Origin: an uncultured bacterium
GTDB lineage: Bacteria; Verrucomicrobiota; Verrucomicrobiia; Limisphaerales; UBA8199
DNA length: 64,000 nt
Assembly (NCBI GenBank): GCA_963749495.1
Contig: CAVVMW010000004.1
Location: forward strand, 352,001 to 416,000
Direction: 5' to 3'
Below, piece by piece: positions 28,590-41,253 of the stretch; within the stretch, counting starts at the first letter, position 1, and every line of letters starts with the position of its first letter. A program made the position numbers and the translations under genes. A model generated the notes under the pieces. The model made no database searches and was not told where the DNA came from. It worked only from the letters and a program-made list of their open reading frames with translations.

Positions 28590-29458
28590 TCGCGCTGCAG
28601 TACCTGCTGTCGGGGGTCACCAAGGGCAGCATTTATGCCGTGGTGGCGATTGGATTCAATCTGATCTACAGCGCGACCGGCGTGCTCAACCTGGCCCAGG
28701 GCGAATTTGTGATGCTGGGCGGGATGGTGGCGGTGACGCTCTCGCATTACTTCTCGCTGCCGGTAGCCGTGGCCGGGGCGGTGCTCCTGGTGGCGCTGGT
28801 CGGGTGCCTGCTGGAGATCCTCTTCTTCCGCAAGTTGCGGCGTCACTCGGTCCTGCACCTGATCATCATCACGATCGGCCTCTCGATTGTCATCCAGGAG
28901 GCCGCTCTGCACATCTGGGACGAGAAGGTGCGCTCGTTGCCCTACTTTACGGGCAACGAAGTCTCCTCGCTCCGGTTTTTCGGCGCGGCCATCTCCCCCC
29001 AGGTCCTGTGGGTGCTGGGCACGGTGGCCGTGACGGTCCTGGCCCTGCACGGGTTTCTGCACCACACCCTGCAAGGCCGGGCGATGCGCGCCTGTTCCTC
29101 GAACTCCGATGCCGCCATGCTCTCGGGCATCAACCTGCGGAACATGCGCACGCTCGCCTTCGGGCTGAGCGCGGGCCTGGGCGCGCTGGCTGGCTGCGTG
29201 ATCTCGCCGATCACCATGACGCATTATGAAATGGGCACCCCCTTGGCCATCAAGGGTTTTGCCGCCGCAATCCTGGGCGGGCTGGGCAATCCCATGGCCG
29301 CCGTGCTGGGCGGGTTGCTGGTGGGCATCCTCGAGGCCCTCAGCGTCAGCCGCCTGCCCGCCGCTTACAACGACGTCGCCGCTTTCGCCGTGCTGCTCGG
29401 GGTGCTTTTCGTCCGCCCGCGCGGCCTCTTCGGCTCGCCCGAACTGAGGGAACTGTGA
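28586..29458 (+). CDS. livH: Branched-chain ABC permease
   Basis: GSIYAVVAIGFNLIY, NLAQGEFVM, IKGFAAAILGGLG. Confidence 0.9.
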   Translation: MIALQYLLSGVTKGSIYAVVAIGFNLIYSATGVLNLAQGEFVMLGGMVAVTLSHYFSLPVAVAGAVLLVALVGCLLEILFFRKLRRHSVLHLIIITIGLSIVIQEAALHIWDEKVRSLPYFTGNEVSSLRFFGAAISPQVLWVLGTVAVTVLALHGFLHHTLQGRAMRACSSNSDAAMLSGINLRNMRTLAFGLSAGLGALAGCVISPITMTHYEMGTPLAIKGFAAAILGGLGNPMAAVLGGLLVGILEALSVSRLPAAYNDVAAFAVLLGVLFVRPRGLFGSPELREL

Positions 29459-29465
29459 TGATGCG

Positions 29466-31381
<1,916 letters not shown>

Positions 31382-31397
<16 letters not shown>

Positions 31398-32125
31398 AGA
31401 ACCTGAGGTGCGGTTACGGCAGCCTCGAGGTCGTGCGCGGCGCCAGCCTCCACGTCTGCACCGGCGAGATCGTCGCCCTCCTGGGCGCCAACGGCGCCGG
31501 CAAGTCCACCCTCCTGCGCGCCATCATCGGGCTGCTGCCTCCCTGGGAGGGCCAGGTCTTCATCGAGGGCCGCGCGGTTTGCGGCCAGCCCGCCTGGCGC
31601 AGCGTCAGCCACTCCACCGTGCTGGTGCCAGAGGGCAAGATGATCTTTGCCGACATGACCGTGCGCGAGAACCTCCTTTTGGGCGGCTATCACAACCCGG
31701 ACCGGGCAGTGCAGATGGAGATCGTGCTCGAGCGGTTCCCGCGGCTGCGCGAACGCCTCCGCCAATTGGGCGGCACGCTCTCGGGCGGCGAGCAGCAAAT
31801 GCTGGCCCTGGGCCGCGCCCTCATGGCCCGTCCCAGGCTCCTGCTCCTGGACGAGCCCTCGATGGGCCTGGCCCCTAAGCTGGTCGAGGAACTCTTCGTC
31901 GAAATCACCAGGATGCGGGACCTGGGCCTGACCGTGCTGCTAGTGGAACAGAATGCCACGGCCACGCTGCAGATCGCCGACCGCGCCTACGTGATGGAGG
32001 CCGGCGAGATCCTCCTGGAGGGCCAGGCCTTCGAGCTGCTCCACAACCCGGAGGTCAAACGCGCCTACCTGGGCAACACCTCACGCCTCGTTGAGAGCCA
32101 CCCCGTTTTCCATGAAAATCTTTGA
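31382..32125 (+). CDS. livF: Branched-chain ABC ATPase
   Basis: GANGAGKST, LSGGEQQM, LLDEPSMGLAP, VEQN. Confidence 0.92.
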
Positions 32126-33305
32126 TCGACGTTACGAACTGATGCCGCGCGCGGAGCTGGAGCAACTGCAACTGGAGCGCCTCCAGGCCCTCCTGGTCCG
32201 CCTCCGCCGCAACGTGCGCCGCTATCGCGAGAAGCTGGGCGAGGCTCCCCTGGACTCGCTCGGCGGCCTGGCCCGGCTGCCGATGACCACCCCCGAGGAG
32301 ATGGCCGCCAGTTTCCCTTATGGGATGTTCGCCTTCCCGTTGCGCGAGGTCATCCGCCTGCACTCGACCTTGGGACCCCAAGGCCAGCCACTGGTCATCG
32401 GCTACACCCGCAACGACCTCGCCCAGTGGGGGCGCCTGGTCGCCCGGCAGTTGGCCGCCAGCGGCGTCACCGCCAACGACGTCGTCCTCATCTCCTTGGG
32501 CGGCGCTGTCCACCCCGGCGCCTCCGGCTACGTGTTGGGGGCCGAGCTCATCGAGGCCTGCGTCATTGCCGAGGACCCGCTTCACCTGGATTACCAACTG
32601 GCTCTTTTGCAGAACTACCGCCCCACCGTCCTCATCACCAGCCCCACCAGCGCCTTGGCCCTGGCCCAGACGCTCGAACAACGGCGGCTCGACCCGCAAT
32701 CCCTCCAACTGCGCGCCGTGCTCCTCTCCCGCTCCGTCAGCCAGGAGGTCCGCCAGCAACTGGCCGCCGGCCTCTTCGCCGCCGTCCACTGCAACTTCGG
32801 CGTCAATGAGATCCTCGACCCCGGCCTCTGCCTCGAATGCGAGGCCGGCCATCTGCACATCCACGAGGACCAATTCCTGCCCGAGATCTGCGACGGCGAA
32901 TTGGTCCTCACCACGCTGGGGCGCGAGGCCATGCCGCTGCTGCGCTACCGCACCCGCATCGCCGCCCAACTCCGCCGCGACAAATGCCCCTGTGCCCGCA
33001 CCGGCGCCATCCTCGACATCGGCCCCCGCCTCGACCGGCGTTTTCGCGTCAAGGAGACCAGTTTCTATTTGGGCCAGATCGCCGAGATCCTCCGCAGAAC
33101 ACGCGCCGCCGGCCATCGCTTCCAGATCCAGGCCTCGGAGCAGCGCCTCGAAATGGCCATCGAAATCTCCAAGGACCTCTTCGCCGGCACCCTCTCTGGC
33201 GCCGAAAACCCCAAACGCGACATCGAATCCGAGCTCTCCGCCCACCTGGGCATCGAAGCCGAAGTCCGCTTCGTCGAGGCGCTGCCCTCCCGGGAGATGC
33301 TTTGA
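32112..33305 (+). CDS. Phenylacetate-CoA ligase (PaaK)-like protein with degenerate motifs
   Basis: LQLERLQ, PYGMFA.P..EVIRLH, YTRNDL..W, GELVLTTLGREAMPLLRYRT. Confidence 0.8.
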   Translation: MKIFDRRYELMPRAELEQLQLERLQALLVRLRRNVRRYREKLGEAPLDSLGGLARLPMTTPEEMAASFPYGMFAFPLREVIRLHSTLGPQGQPLVIGYTRNDLAQWGRLVARQLAASGVTANDVVLISLGGAVHPGASGYVLGAELIEACVIAEDPLHLDYQLALLQNYRPTVLITSPTSALALAQTLEQRRLDPQSLQLRAVLLSRSVSQEVRQQLAAGLFAAVHCNFGVNEILDPGLCLECEAGHLHIHEDQFLPEICDGELVLTTLGREAMPLLRYRTRIAAQLRRDKCPCARTGAILDIGPRLDRRFRVKETSFYLGQIAEILRRTRAAGHRFQIQASEQRLEMAIEISKDLFAGTLSGAENPKRDIESELSAHLGIEAEVRFVEALPSREML

Positions 33306-33314
33306 GCGGCTTCG

Positions 33315-33379
33315 GCAACCTTTGTCGCGGCCTTTGTCGAAAGCCGGCCCGAATCAACAAAGGCCGCGACAAAGGTTGC
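33315..33379. repeat. Perfect 23-bp inverted repeat built from 12-mer units
   Basis: GCAACCTTTGTCGCGGCCTTTGT / ACAAAGGCCGCGACAAAGGTTGC. Confidence 0.85.
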
Positions 33380-33390
33380 GACAAAGATGG

Positions 33391-33500
33391 GGAGTGCGCC
33401 CGTCCTCGGGCGCAGCGACGTCCGCAGCCAGGGCAGCGGTGGAGTACTCCGGCGCGCCTGCCCGCTCCGTCGCTGCTGCGCCCGGGGACGGGCGCGCTCC
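33391..33500. repeat. REP-like element family E, copy 2
   Basis: Matches 15257-15366. Confidence 0.85.
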
Positions 33501-33575
33501 GGGGGCAGTGTCCGGCTGCCGCCGGCCCAGCGAACCATTGACAGCGCGCGGGGGCTGTGGTGAATTGGGTGCTGG

Positions 33576-34484
33576 ATGCAAAAGGCCAAACCGAAGCTGC
33601 CCGTGGTACTCGCGATGGCCCTGGGCCTGGCGTTCGGAGCTGCCGCGGCCCCGGACGCGAGCGGGACGGCGCTGGGGGAGCGGATGCTCCAGGAGCAGAA
33701 GCACTTTGCCGACTGCCTGGTCTATGTCTATGACCCCGGGCTGTGGATCAGTTATACCAATGGACTGTTCTTCATGCCCCAAACCTTGGCCCAGCGCCAG
33801 CGCATCGAGGCCCTCAAGGCCGAACGGGCGCAGTATCGGGTCTTCACCAACCGGCAGGAGTGGCATGGGTTCGTAGCCAAGGTGCTCTCCGAGAGCGGCC
33901 TGGAGGCCGATTGGCAGAAACGGCTCCTGGCGCCCTATTCGCCCACCTACCCCTACCTGACGCCCACGCTGGAGCGGCCTCTGCAAATTGTGGACCATTA
34001 CACCGTCTTCAAGTCCCTCCCGCATCAAGACGCCTACATCCAGGTCGGCCAGTCCATCTATTTTGTGATGGGCCTGGGCCGCAGCCCCGATGACGCCTTC
34101 CGGACCAACGCCCTGCTCGTGAAGGAGGGGACCAAGACCTTCACCACGGACGCCGATGTGCGGAAGACCGTCGAGGCCTTTTCCAACGTGGCCCTGAGCG
34201 GCGCGGAAAAGGCGGCGCTGGCCAAGGCGGTGGCCGCTTTCCAGAAGAAATCGGCCGCCCTCCTCGGGCAGACCGCCGGCCTCAAGGACAGCCAGGAGTT
34301 CCAGGACCTGAAACTCAAGGCCAGGCCGTCCTCTCCGTCCATGGAGTACCTGCTTGCCAAGGCCTACCTCGAAGGCAAAGGCACGGCCAAAGACGAACAA
34401 CTGGGGATGATCTGGATGAACAAGGCCGCCAACGACGGCTCCGGGGAGGCCGCCGCCTACCTCGAGCGCCTGAAGAAGAATTGA
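33576..34484 (+). CDS. Exported protein with C-terminal SEL1-like repeat
   Basis: Signal peptide; YLLAKAYLEGKGTAKD....WMNKAANDG..EA. Confidence 0.8.
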   Translation: MQKAKPKLPVVLAMALGLAFGAAAAPDASGTALGERMLQEQKHFADCLVYVYDPGLWISYTNGLFFMPQTLAQRQRIEALKAERAQYRVFTNRQEWHGFVAKVLSESGLEADWQKRLLAPYSPTYPYLTPTLERPLQIVDHYTVFKSLPHQDAYIQVGQSIYFVMGLGRSPDDAFRTNALLVKEGTKTFTTDADVRKTVEAFSNVALSGAEKAALAKAVAAFQKKSAALLGQTAGLKDSQEFQDLKLKARPSSPSMEYLLAKAYLEGKGTAKDEQLGMIWMNKAANDGSGEAAAYLERLKKN

Positions 34485-34857
34485 AACACATCCTCGTCGA
34501 GCACGATCTTCCAGCGTTCCATTACAGCCCCTCGGCCTCCAAGGCGTGGTGTATGCGTTGCGCCTGCTCCAGTGTCACCTTCTGACCCCTCACATGTGCT
34601 AGCCTCGCCACGCCTTCTCTTGGGCCTAGACCCAAAACAAGCGCATTTGTTTGCGCAACCGGCCGGCTCGCACATTTTTCACGAAGTTGCTTGACATTGC
34701 GCGCCTCCGGCCCCGACTTTCGAGCTCGAACCGCTCTGCCGGACCTTCTAGACGCCCTGTGAGCCTCAAGAGGCCCTCTCTGGGTCACTTTGGCGCTATG
34801 CGCGGCGACACTGCTCCCGTGTTAGTCCGATCGTAAAGCGCCAAGGGGTGCTACCTA

Positions 34858-36669
34858 GTGTCTGGCAGGAAACGCGCGATCTTTTGGGCGCGATCACATC
34901 AAGTGGATCCGGCTTTTGATCCGCGCGCCTTGCCGTTCGTTCAAAATTTTTCTCAACCACTTTCTGGCCCATTTTCCCCGTCACGCTCACGGTGGCAGGG
35001 CACACCACTTCCACGGCGTGCTTTCGACCACTGCGCGCCCGACCCTCTTCAGGCCGCACGCGCCAGCGCAGGCGTGGCCACCCATCCCTGCCTCAGCAAC
35101 TGCCGCCCGATGACGTGCAGGTTGTACGCCAGCACGCCGTAGCCCACGTAGCGGGTGTAGCCCTCCACGCCCACGTCCAGGCATCGGTTCAGCCCGTGGT
35201 GCTCCAACGCGTTGATGTCACTCTCCACCGCGCTGTGCGCCCGGCGCAAACTCACAAACTGCTTCGTGCTCTCCACTGCCGCTTCCGCCTCGGTCTTCTT
35301 GCCCCGCTTGGGCATCACCACCCGCGGAATGTAAAGCGCCAACAACTGTCGGTCCTCCTGGCGCGTAAAGCCCTTGTCGAAACTCATACTGGCGATCTGC
35401 CCCTCCCCGTAGCGGCCCAGCAGACGGCTGGCCACCGCTACGCTCTGGTCCACGTCGGCGGCCGTCGGCGTCGCGTAGTCCTGAATCAACTGGTGCTGGT
35501 CGGTGGCAATGAGCAGCCGGTGCCCCAACTCCACGCTCGGATGCAGCTTGCCTTTGTTAATCCATTCGGTGTGCGGCTCGAACAACGAATAGATCTTCTC
35601 GGAGGCGGCAATGGTCTGACCCTGCAACAGCCGCCGATCCACCAGGTCCAGGTGTTTGTCGAGCATCTGCTCGAAGTAGGCCAGGCCATCCCAGTCGGCG
35701 CGGTCCACCGGTTGGTCGCACAGGCTCAGGAGGCTGGCGGTGACTTTGCGCGCCAACTGCTGGCCCACCGCCACGTAGTCGCCGACGGCGACCCGCACGC
35801 GCTTTTCCTTGTCCTTGCCTCCGCCGAAGGCGGCTTTGCTGGCCACGCGTTCGGCCGCTTTGAAGCGGGCGCGCCAATCCTCCAGCTTGCGCCAGCCCGG
35901 CAGGTCATAACCGTATTGGTCGCGGTATTTCTCGATCAGATCCAGGCACTTGCGCCCGGCGTCAAAGAGCAGGTTCAGGTCCGTGGGGAAATGCACGTCG
36001 GTTTCCAGCACGTAGGTGTCCACCTTGACCACCAACGGTTCAGGCTCGCCGTCTTCTTTTTTTTTGAACACCTGGCGCCCAGCGGCGGCTACCCGCTGGT
36101 TGATGGCCACCAACACTCCCTCATCCAACAGCGCCACGTTGTCTCGAAGGGTCTGATTGTTGAACACCCTGGCACCGGCTCCCCAAGGCACTTGCTCCAC
36201 TCCCAGGATCTGCCGCAGCAACCCGTCGTAATTGGCCATGTGCTCCAGGCGGTCCCAGTCCGCGTCCAGTCCCAGACGTACCACCCCAAAGACCAGGATC
36301 TGCCACAAGTCCATCCCCATCCGCCCCGTGGCCTGCTTGCCAGCCACGAGCTTCTGTTCCAGCAACTCGAAAATCTCCCCCTTGAGCGTGGGATGACACC
36401 AAATCCATTGCAGCCCTGCCAGAATCGGCGGCAGCTCGTCGCGGCTGTTCAGAGGGATCCTCACCCGTTCAATCGGCGTGACTTTCAGACCAGGTTCAAA
36501 CTCGAATCGTTGACGCATACCAGCGAATGTTATGCACTTGTTGCCAGCCAAACGCAGAAAACAGGCGTGTTTCTGCATGCAGCCTTTGTTGATCCGATCC
36601 ACATTCGCCCCGTCGCGTTCAAACAAATTGCCGAAATTCCCGCGGTTGCGTACGTTTCCCGCCAGACAC
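34858..36669 (-). mobile_element. ISNCY/IS5-like element nested in IS1380
   Basis: IR GTGTCTGGCAGGAAACG / CGTTTCCCGCCAGACAC; 6-bp TSD TACCTA at 34852-34857 and 36670-36675. Confidence 0.9.
35049..36518 (-). CDS. ISNCY-type DDE transposase
   Basis: SRDELPPIL, VDTYVLETDVHFPTD, KIYSLFEPHTEWINKGK, SFDKGF, HSAVESDIN.LEHHGL. Confidence 0.9.
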   Translation of the reverse strand: MRQRFEFEPGLKVTPIERVRIPLNSRDELPPILAGLQWIWCHPTLKGEIFELLEQKLVAGKQATGRMGMDLWQILVFGVVRLGLDADWDRLEHMANYDGLLRQILGVEQVPWGAGARVFNNQTLRDNVALLDEGVLVAINQRVAAAGRQVFKKKEDGEPEPLVVKVDTYVLETDVHFPTDLNLLFDAGRKCLDLIEKYRDQYGYDLPGWRKLEDWRARFKAAERVASKAAFGGGKDKEKRVRVAVGDYVAVGQQLARKVTASLLSLCDQPVDRADWDGLAYFEQMLDKHLDLVDRRLLQGQTIAASEKIYSLFEPHTEWINKGKLHPSVELGHRLLIATDQHQLIQDYATPTAADVDQSVAVASRLLGRYGEGQIASMSFDKGFTRQEDRQLLALYIPRVVMPKRGKKTEAEAAVESTKQFVSLRRAHSAVESDINALEHHGLNRCLDVGVEGYTRYVGYGVLAYNLHVIGRQLLRQGWVATPALARAA

Positions 36670-36672
36670 TAC

Positions 36673-38178
36673 CTATCCCGGCGCCAAGCGCTGCAACCGC
36701 TCCCACGTCGCAAAGAAGTCCACTAACCAACTGTTGTAACCCAGCAGCCGATAGATGACTCGGCGCGCCGTGCGGACTACCTGGCAGGGTAACAGCATGA
36801 CGGCGTTCAGAAACCGCCGAAACTCCATCCTTACTAATTCCAGTCCCCGCTCCCGATTCGGCACCAACAAGCCATACCAGGCTTTGAGGTTCCACGCCAA
36901 CGCCGCCATCACCATGTAAGCCCAGTTGCTCACCAGGTCTGCCACCGGCATCCGGATCGCATTGACCCCGTTCTTCAACTGCTCAATCACGTTCTCCTGG
37001 TCGCATCGCCCGTTGGCCAGCCCCACCACCTTCGGCGGCTTGTCCTTCCGGTTGGTGATGTAGAAGAAGTAGCGCACCTCCTCGAAGAGTGCCCTCTCGC
37101 CTTTCTGCACACTGATGTTCTTGCGCAAGATGATCACCCGATACTTCTGCCGACACCTGTGCGGCTGATAGGCAATTTCGGCCAGCGACTCGCCCACCAA
37201 TTTCTTGTTCTCGAACTGGCGCTCCACCACCACCTGCTCTTTGTAGCGGAACGCCTTGGGCCGCGGCTCGGTCAAAATCTCATACTTGGGCTCGCGTTCA
37301 AAGGGCCTCCACGCCCCATTTTCCAGGGCCTCGGCCAGCGCCACCAGCTTCGGATGCGCATCGATCCCCACGATGAATTTCGTCCCCTCGGCGTCCCACC
37401 GGTCCAGTTGCTCGGTGTGGCTAAAGTCGGTGTCGCCTCGGATCGTTACACTGCCGGCAACCTGCTTGACCAGCGCCACCGCCCGGTCGATCCACTCCAC
37501 GCTCCCACTGTGGCTCGGGGCGTTACCGGGACGATTGACCACATAGAGCACCTCCTTGGTGTTGGCCAAACTCACCACCAGCGGCGCATAGCCCCAGATC
37601 CCTTTGTAAGAAAGGTCCATCCCTTGCTTGCACTCCCCGTAAGTGCCGGCAATCGTCCCGTCCACATCCACAAAAGCTTCCTTCAGGAAACCCTCGGGCT
37701 GCACCTTCCAGGCCGTCAGCCTCGCCCGATTGATGCACTCTTGCACCGTCACGATATCCTCCGGCGAGAAACGCCGCGTGAAATCTCCAGCCGTCGTGGG
37801 ATCAGGGATGCGTTCCGCTCCCAGACCGTTGAGGAACACCTCGTCCTGCCGCCGCAGCTCGATGTCTTCCAACCGCTGCCCGCCAGCTAACAGGTTGTAA
37901 GCGATATTCAAAACGTGGTCGCTCTCATGGTAGGGTAAATGCACCTTCAACAGCTCCAGGCTCTGGTCAATGTCTTCGACCAAGCCCAAACGCTGCAGCA
38001 TCAGGTGGATGGCCCCGATGCCCCCGCAATTCATGCTGCCGTCCCGCTCCGCCATCTCATAGTGGATGTTGCTGGCCTGGAGCATCGGCCGAGGCTGGTC
38101 TTCCCAGTTCTTGGGTCGGAGCCGGCGCTCAATTCTGTGCTTGCGGTTGCGGAGGATCTTAGGATACGTTCTATTCAC
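36673..38178 (-). CDS. IS1380-family transposase
   Basis: HLPYHESDHVL, PDPTTAGDF.RRF, VDVDGT, RGDTDFS, RCDQENVIEQLK. Confidence 0.92.
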   Translation of the reverse strand: MNRTYPKILRNRKHRIERRLRPKNWEDQPRPMLQASNIHYEMAERDGSMNCGGIGAIHLMLQRLGLVEDIDQSLELLKVHLPYHESDHVLNIAYNLLAGGQRLEDIELRRQDEVFLNGLGAERIPDPTTAGDFTRRFSPEDIVTVQECINRARLTAWKVQPEGFLKEAFVDVDGTIAGTYGECKQGMDLSYKGIWGYAPLVVSLANTKEVLYVVNRPGNAPSHSGSVEWIDRAVALVKQVAGSVTIRGDTDFSHTEQLDRWDAEGTKFIVGIDAHPKLVALAEALENGAWRPFEREPKYEILTEPRPKAFRYKEQVVVERQFENKKLVGESLAEIAYQPHRCRQKYRVIILRKNISVQKGERALFEEVRYFFYITNRKDKPPKVVGLANGRCDQENVIEQLKNGVNAIRMPVADLVSNWAYMVMAALAWNLKAWYGLLVPNRERGLELVRMEFRRFLNAVMLLPCQVVRTARRVIYRLLGYNSWLVDFFATWERLQRLAPG

Positions 38179-38300
38179 TTGAAATGCTCGTTTGTTGGAT
38201 GTTGACGTTTGTTTGACACTTACGTTTCAACCCCAATTGACGGGCATTTCGAGCTTGGCGTTCAAAGTGCGCGAAGAAATCGCGCTTGTTGAGGGCCTAG

Positions 38301-38429
38301 ATAGCGGAGTGGCGCGATTGCACGCCCGAGGCGATCCGGCGTATCGAGACCCGAGCGATTAAGAGGCTGCGGCGCTTGGCAAAAAAGGGGCAACTCGATA
38401 GGGCTGAGATGGAATCCCTGAGCGTGTAG
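38301..38429 (+). pseudogene. Sigma70 region-4-like HTH fragment
   Basis: IAEWRDCTPEAIRRIETRAIKRLRRL*; joins across the CTAG to FSWA* on the left flank. Confidence 0.5.
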
Positions 38430-38437
38430 TGACAACC

Positions 38438-38793
38438 TCATTTGAAGCCAATCGTTCGCTCTTCATCTACCTCGAAGGCCGCGCCCTTCGGTTCACGAAT
38501 GCGGTGAGGGTCAAATGGACAGACCGCCGGATGGGTTGCTGTGCTGATAACCACTTTTACCTCGGTTTCCAACCTGCCCTTGCGAACGCGGTCCAGAACT
38601 TCACGTTGTCCAAACTCAAACAGCACTCTTGACAACTCATTGTCATTCAGTTTCCACGCAGGCAGGCGGTTGTTTGTAATGACAACAATTAGCCTGTGTT
38701 TGGTTAAGGATTGAAGTTCCTCTGGAGTTCCAACCAACTCGGTAGGCAGAACGTAAAACGGGAACAAAACGGAGCGGAAGTCCTCCCCCGGAT
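38438..38793 (-). pseudogene. C-terminal fragment of an unknown low-GC gene cut by an IS
   Basis: Open frame NPGEDFRSVLFPFY...ERTIGFK* begins at the IS end. Confidence 0.5.
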
Positions 38794-41253
38794 TCCAGAA
38801 CTCCTGACATAGCCTCATAGTTTTCGCCATTTCTGGGCATTTTCTGGGCGGACAATACTGGCGGGGGGGGGAACCCAAAACTGTCCGCTTTTTTGACCGC
38901 CGGGCTAACATCGGCGCGTATGGCCAATACCCTATGCGACAACCTCTTTCCAGAGGCGCGAAACCCACAAGGCACCCATGTCATCAACGAGCGATGCCTG
39001 CTGCTGACGCAGGAAGGTCACCGCCTTGTGCTCGTGTCAGGAATGCCCCTGGCACAGTATGCGGTGGGCGACCGCATGTCCGAAGCCCACGCCATGGTGA
39101 GCCTGATCGATGTAGGTTGGGCGGATCAGAACGACGTGGCCAGAGCCTTTGGTTACTCGGTCCGCACGGTGCGGCGCTGTCAACAACGCTTCGAGGGGGG
39201 CGGCTTGGCTGCACTGGGACGCCCCCGCGGTTATCCGCAGGGGCGTGCCCGCCTGGCGGCCTCTCGGCGAGGCTGGGTCCAACGGCTCAAGGCCCAAGGC
39301 CGCTCGCACTACGAGATCGCGCGGCGGCTTGGGGTCAGTGTGCAAGCCGTCCGCAAAACCGTGCGACGTTTAGGCTGGAAGCCCGCACGGATGGTCGTTC
39401 AGACCGAACTGCCTCTTGAGCCGCGGACGACCACCGCTGCGAACCAGCCCCCCGTGGAGACCCCTTCATCGACTCATTCACCCGCATCTGGGGGGAACCC
39501 AAAACTGTCCGCTTTTTGTGCATCCGTGGCGCCGAGCCCACTGCCGCGCAGCCTCGACACCGACCCGGCTCATCGCTGGACCGATCGGTTGCTGGCACGC
39601 CTGGGATTGCTGGAAGATGCAGCCCCGTTGTTCGGGTGCGCCGCCGCCGTGCCGTGCGTCGGCGTGCTCTTGGCCTTGCCGGCGTTGGTGGCCAGCGGCG
39701 TTTTCGACTGTGCTCAGAGGATTCTACGGCAGCCTGGGGCCAGCCTTCTATGGATTGCGCACCAGCTTGCTCACACTCTTGCTCATGGCGCTGTGGCGCA
39801 TCAAGCGACCGGAGGGCCTCAAGGAACACTCCCCTCAAGACTTGGGGCGTGTGCTGGGCTTGGACCGGGCGCCCGAAGTCAAAACGCTGCGGCGGAAACT
39901 GGCCTGCCTGGCGGCCACCGGACGCGCCGCGCAGTTTGGCCTGGCTCTGGCCCAGCGACGGGTCGCCTTGCGCGGAGCCGCCTTGGGTTTCCTCTACGTG
40001 GATGGCCACGTGCGGGTTTACCACGGCAAGCACCGTCTGCCCAAGGCCCACGTGGCTCAGATGCGCCTCTCGGTGCCGGCCACTTCGGACTATTGGGTCA
40101 ACGACACGTGCGGCGATTCGCTCTTTGTCGTCACGGCACAGGCTAACGCCGGCTTGGTCAAGATGCTGCCCGGCATCCTGGAGCAGGTGCGCAGCTTGGT
40201 GGGCAAACGACGCATCACCGTAGCCTTTGATCGCGGCGGCTACAGTCCCAAGCTCTTCCTCCAAATCCTGGCCGCGGGCTTTGACGTGCTGACGTACCGC
40301 AAAGGGCGCTGCCGCCGCGTCCCCCGCAAGCGCTTCCGGCCATGTCGCACCCGTTGTGAGGGACGGACCTTCCTCTACGTCCTGGCCGACCAGGAGGTGC
40401 GCTTGCTCAAGGGCAAGCTGCGCATGCGGCAGGTCACCCGCCTGAGGGACAACGGGCACCAAACCCCCGTCCTGACCTCGCGCCGGGATCTGTGCGCTGC
40501 CCAAGTCGCCTATCACATGTTTGATCGCTGGCGACAAGAGAATTTCCTGAAATACCTGTGCGACGAATACGCGTTGGACGCGTTAGTCGAATATGCCGCG
40601 GTGCCTGATGATCCCACTCGTGAGGTTCCCAACCCGGTCTGGGCGGCCGTGGACGCCCAATTGCGCCAGGCGTATGCCCAACTGGCTCGGCTGCAGGCCG
40701 AATATGGCCTGGAGGCGCTGGTCAACCTGGAGCAGCAGCAGCAGACCATGCGCGGCTTCAAGATCGCGCAGGGCAAGCTCGGCCAGCAAATCGACACTGC
40801 TTGGCAGCGTGTAGCGCGACTGGAGAAACGCCGTGCCGCCGTGCCCCGGCGAGTGCCGATCCAAAGCATCACCAAAGAGCCCGTGGTGAAACTGGCTCCA
40901 GAACGCAAACATCTAACCAATGTGATTAAGATCGTGGCTTACCAAGCCGAGAGCGATTTGCTGAGATTAGTCGCGCCCTACTATCGGAGGGTGGGCGACG
41001 AAGGTCGAACTCTGATCCAATCGGCTTTGGCCAGCGCGGCGGATCTCGAAGTCACCCAAACGGAGTTGCGGGTGAGCTTGGCTGCGCTAAGTTCGCCGCA
41101 CCGCACGCGGGCGATTGCCGCGCTTTGCGAGGAACTCAACCGGACCAATACCCTCTTTCCAGGTTCGCGCTTGCGCCTGCGCTACACAATTCGGGAAGCG
41201 CCGTGAGGCAAAAAGCGGACATTTTGTTTGACGGCTATGTCAGGAGTTCTGGA
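38794..41253 (+). mobile_element. IS element encoding an HTH-DDE transposase
   Basis: Perfect 21-bp IR TCCAGAACTCCTGACATAGCC / GGCTATGTCAGGAGTTCTGGA; flanks GATTC vs GAGTC if the ends are CAGAAC..GTTCTG. Confidence 0.88.
38920..41206 (+). CDS. Large transposase (two N-terminal HTHs + DDE); frameshift near 39722
   Basis: LGLDRAPEVKTLRRK, FLYVDGH, VAFDRGGYS, RWRQENF; frames join at CAQR/YGSLGPAFYGLRT. Confidence 0.85.

Larger units (their letters stand above)
34630..38296 (-). mobile_element. IS1380-family element (interrupted by a nested IS)
   Basis: CTAG duplicated at 34626-34629 and 38297-38300; imperfect IR ACCCAAAACAAGCGC / GCGCTTGTTGAGGGC. Confidence 0.8.
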
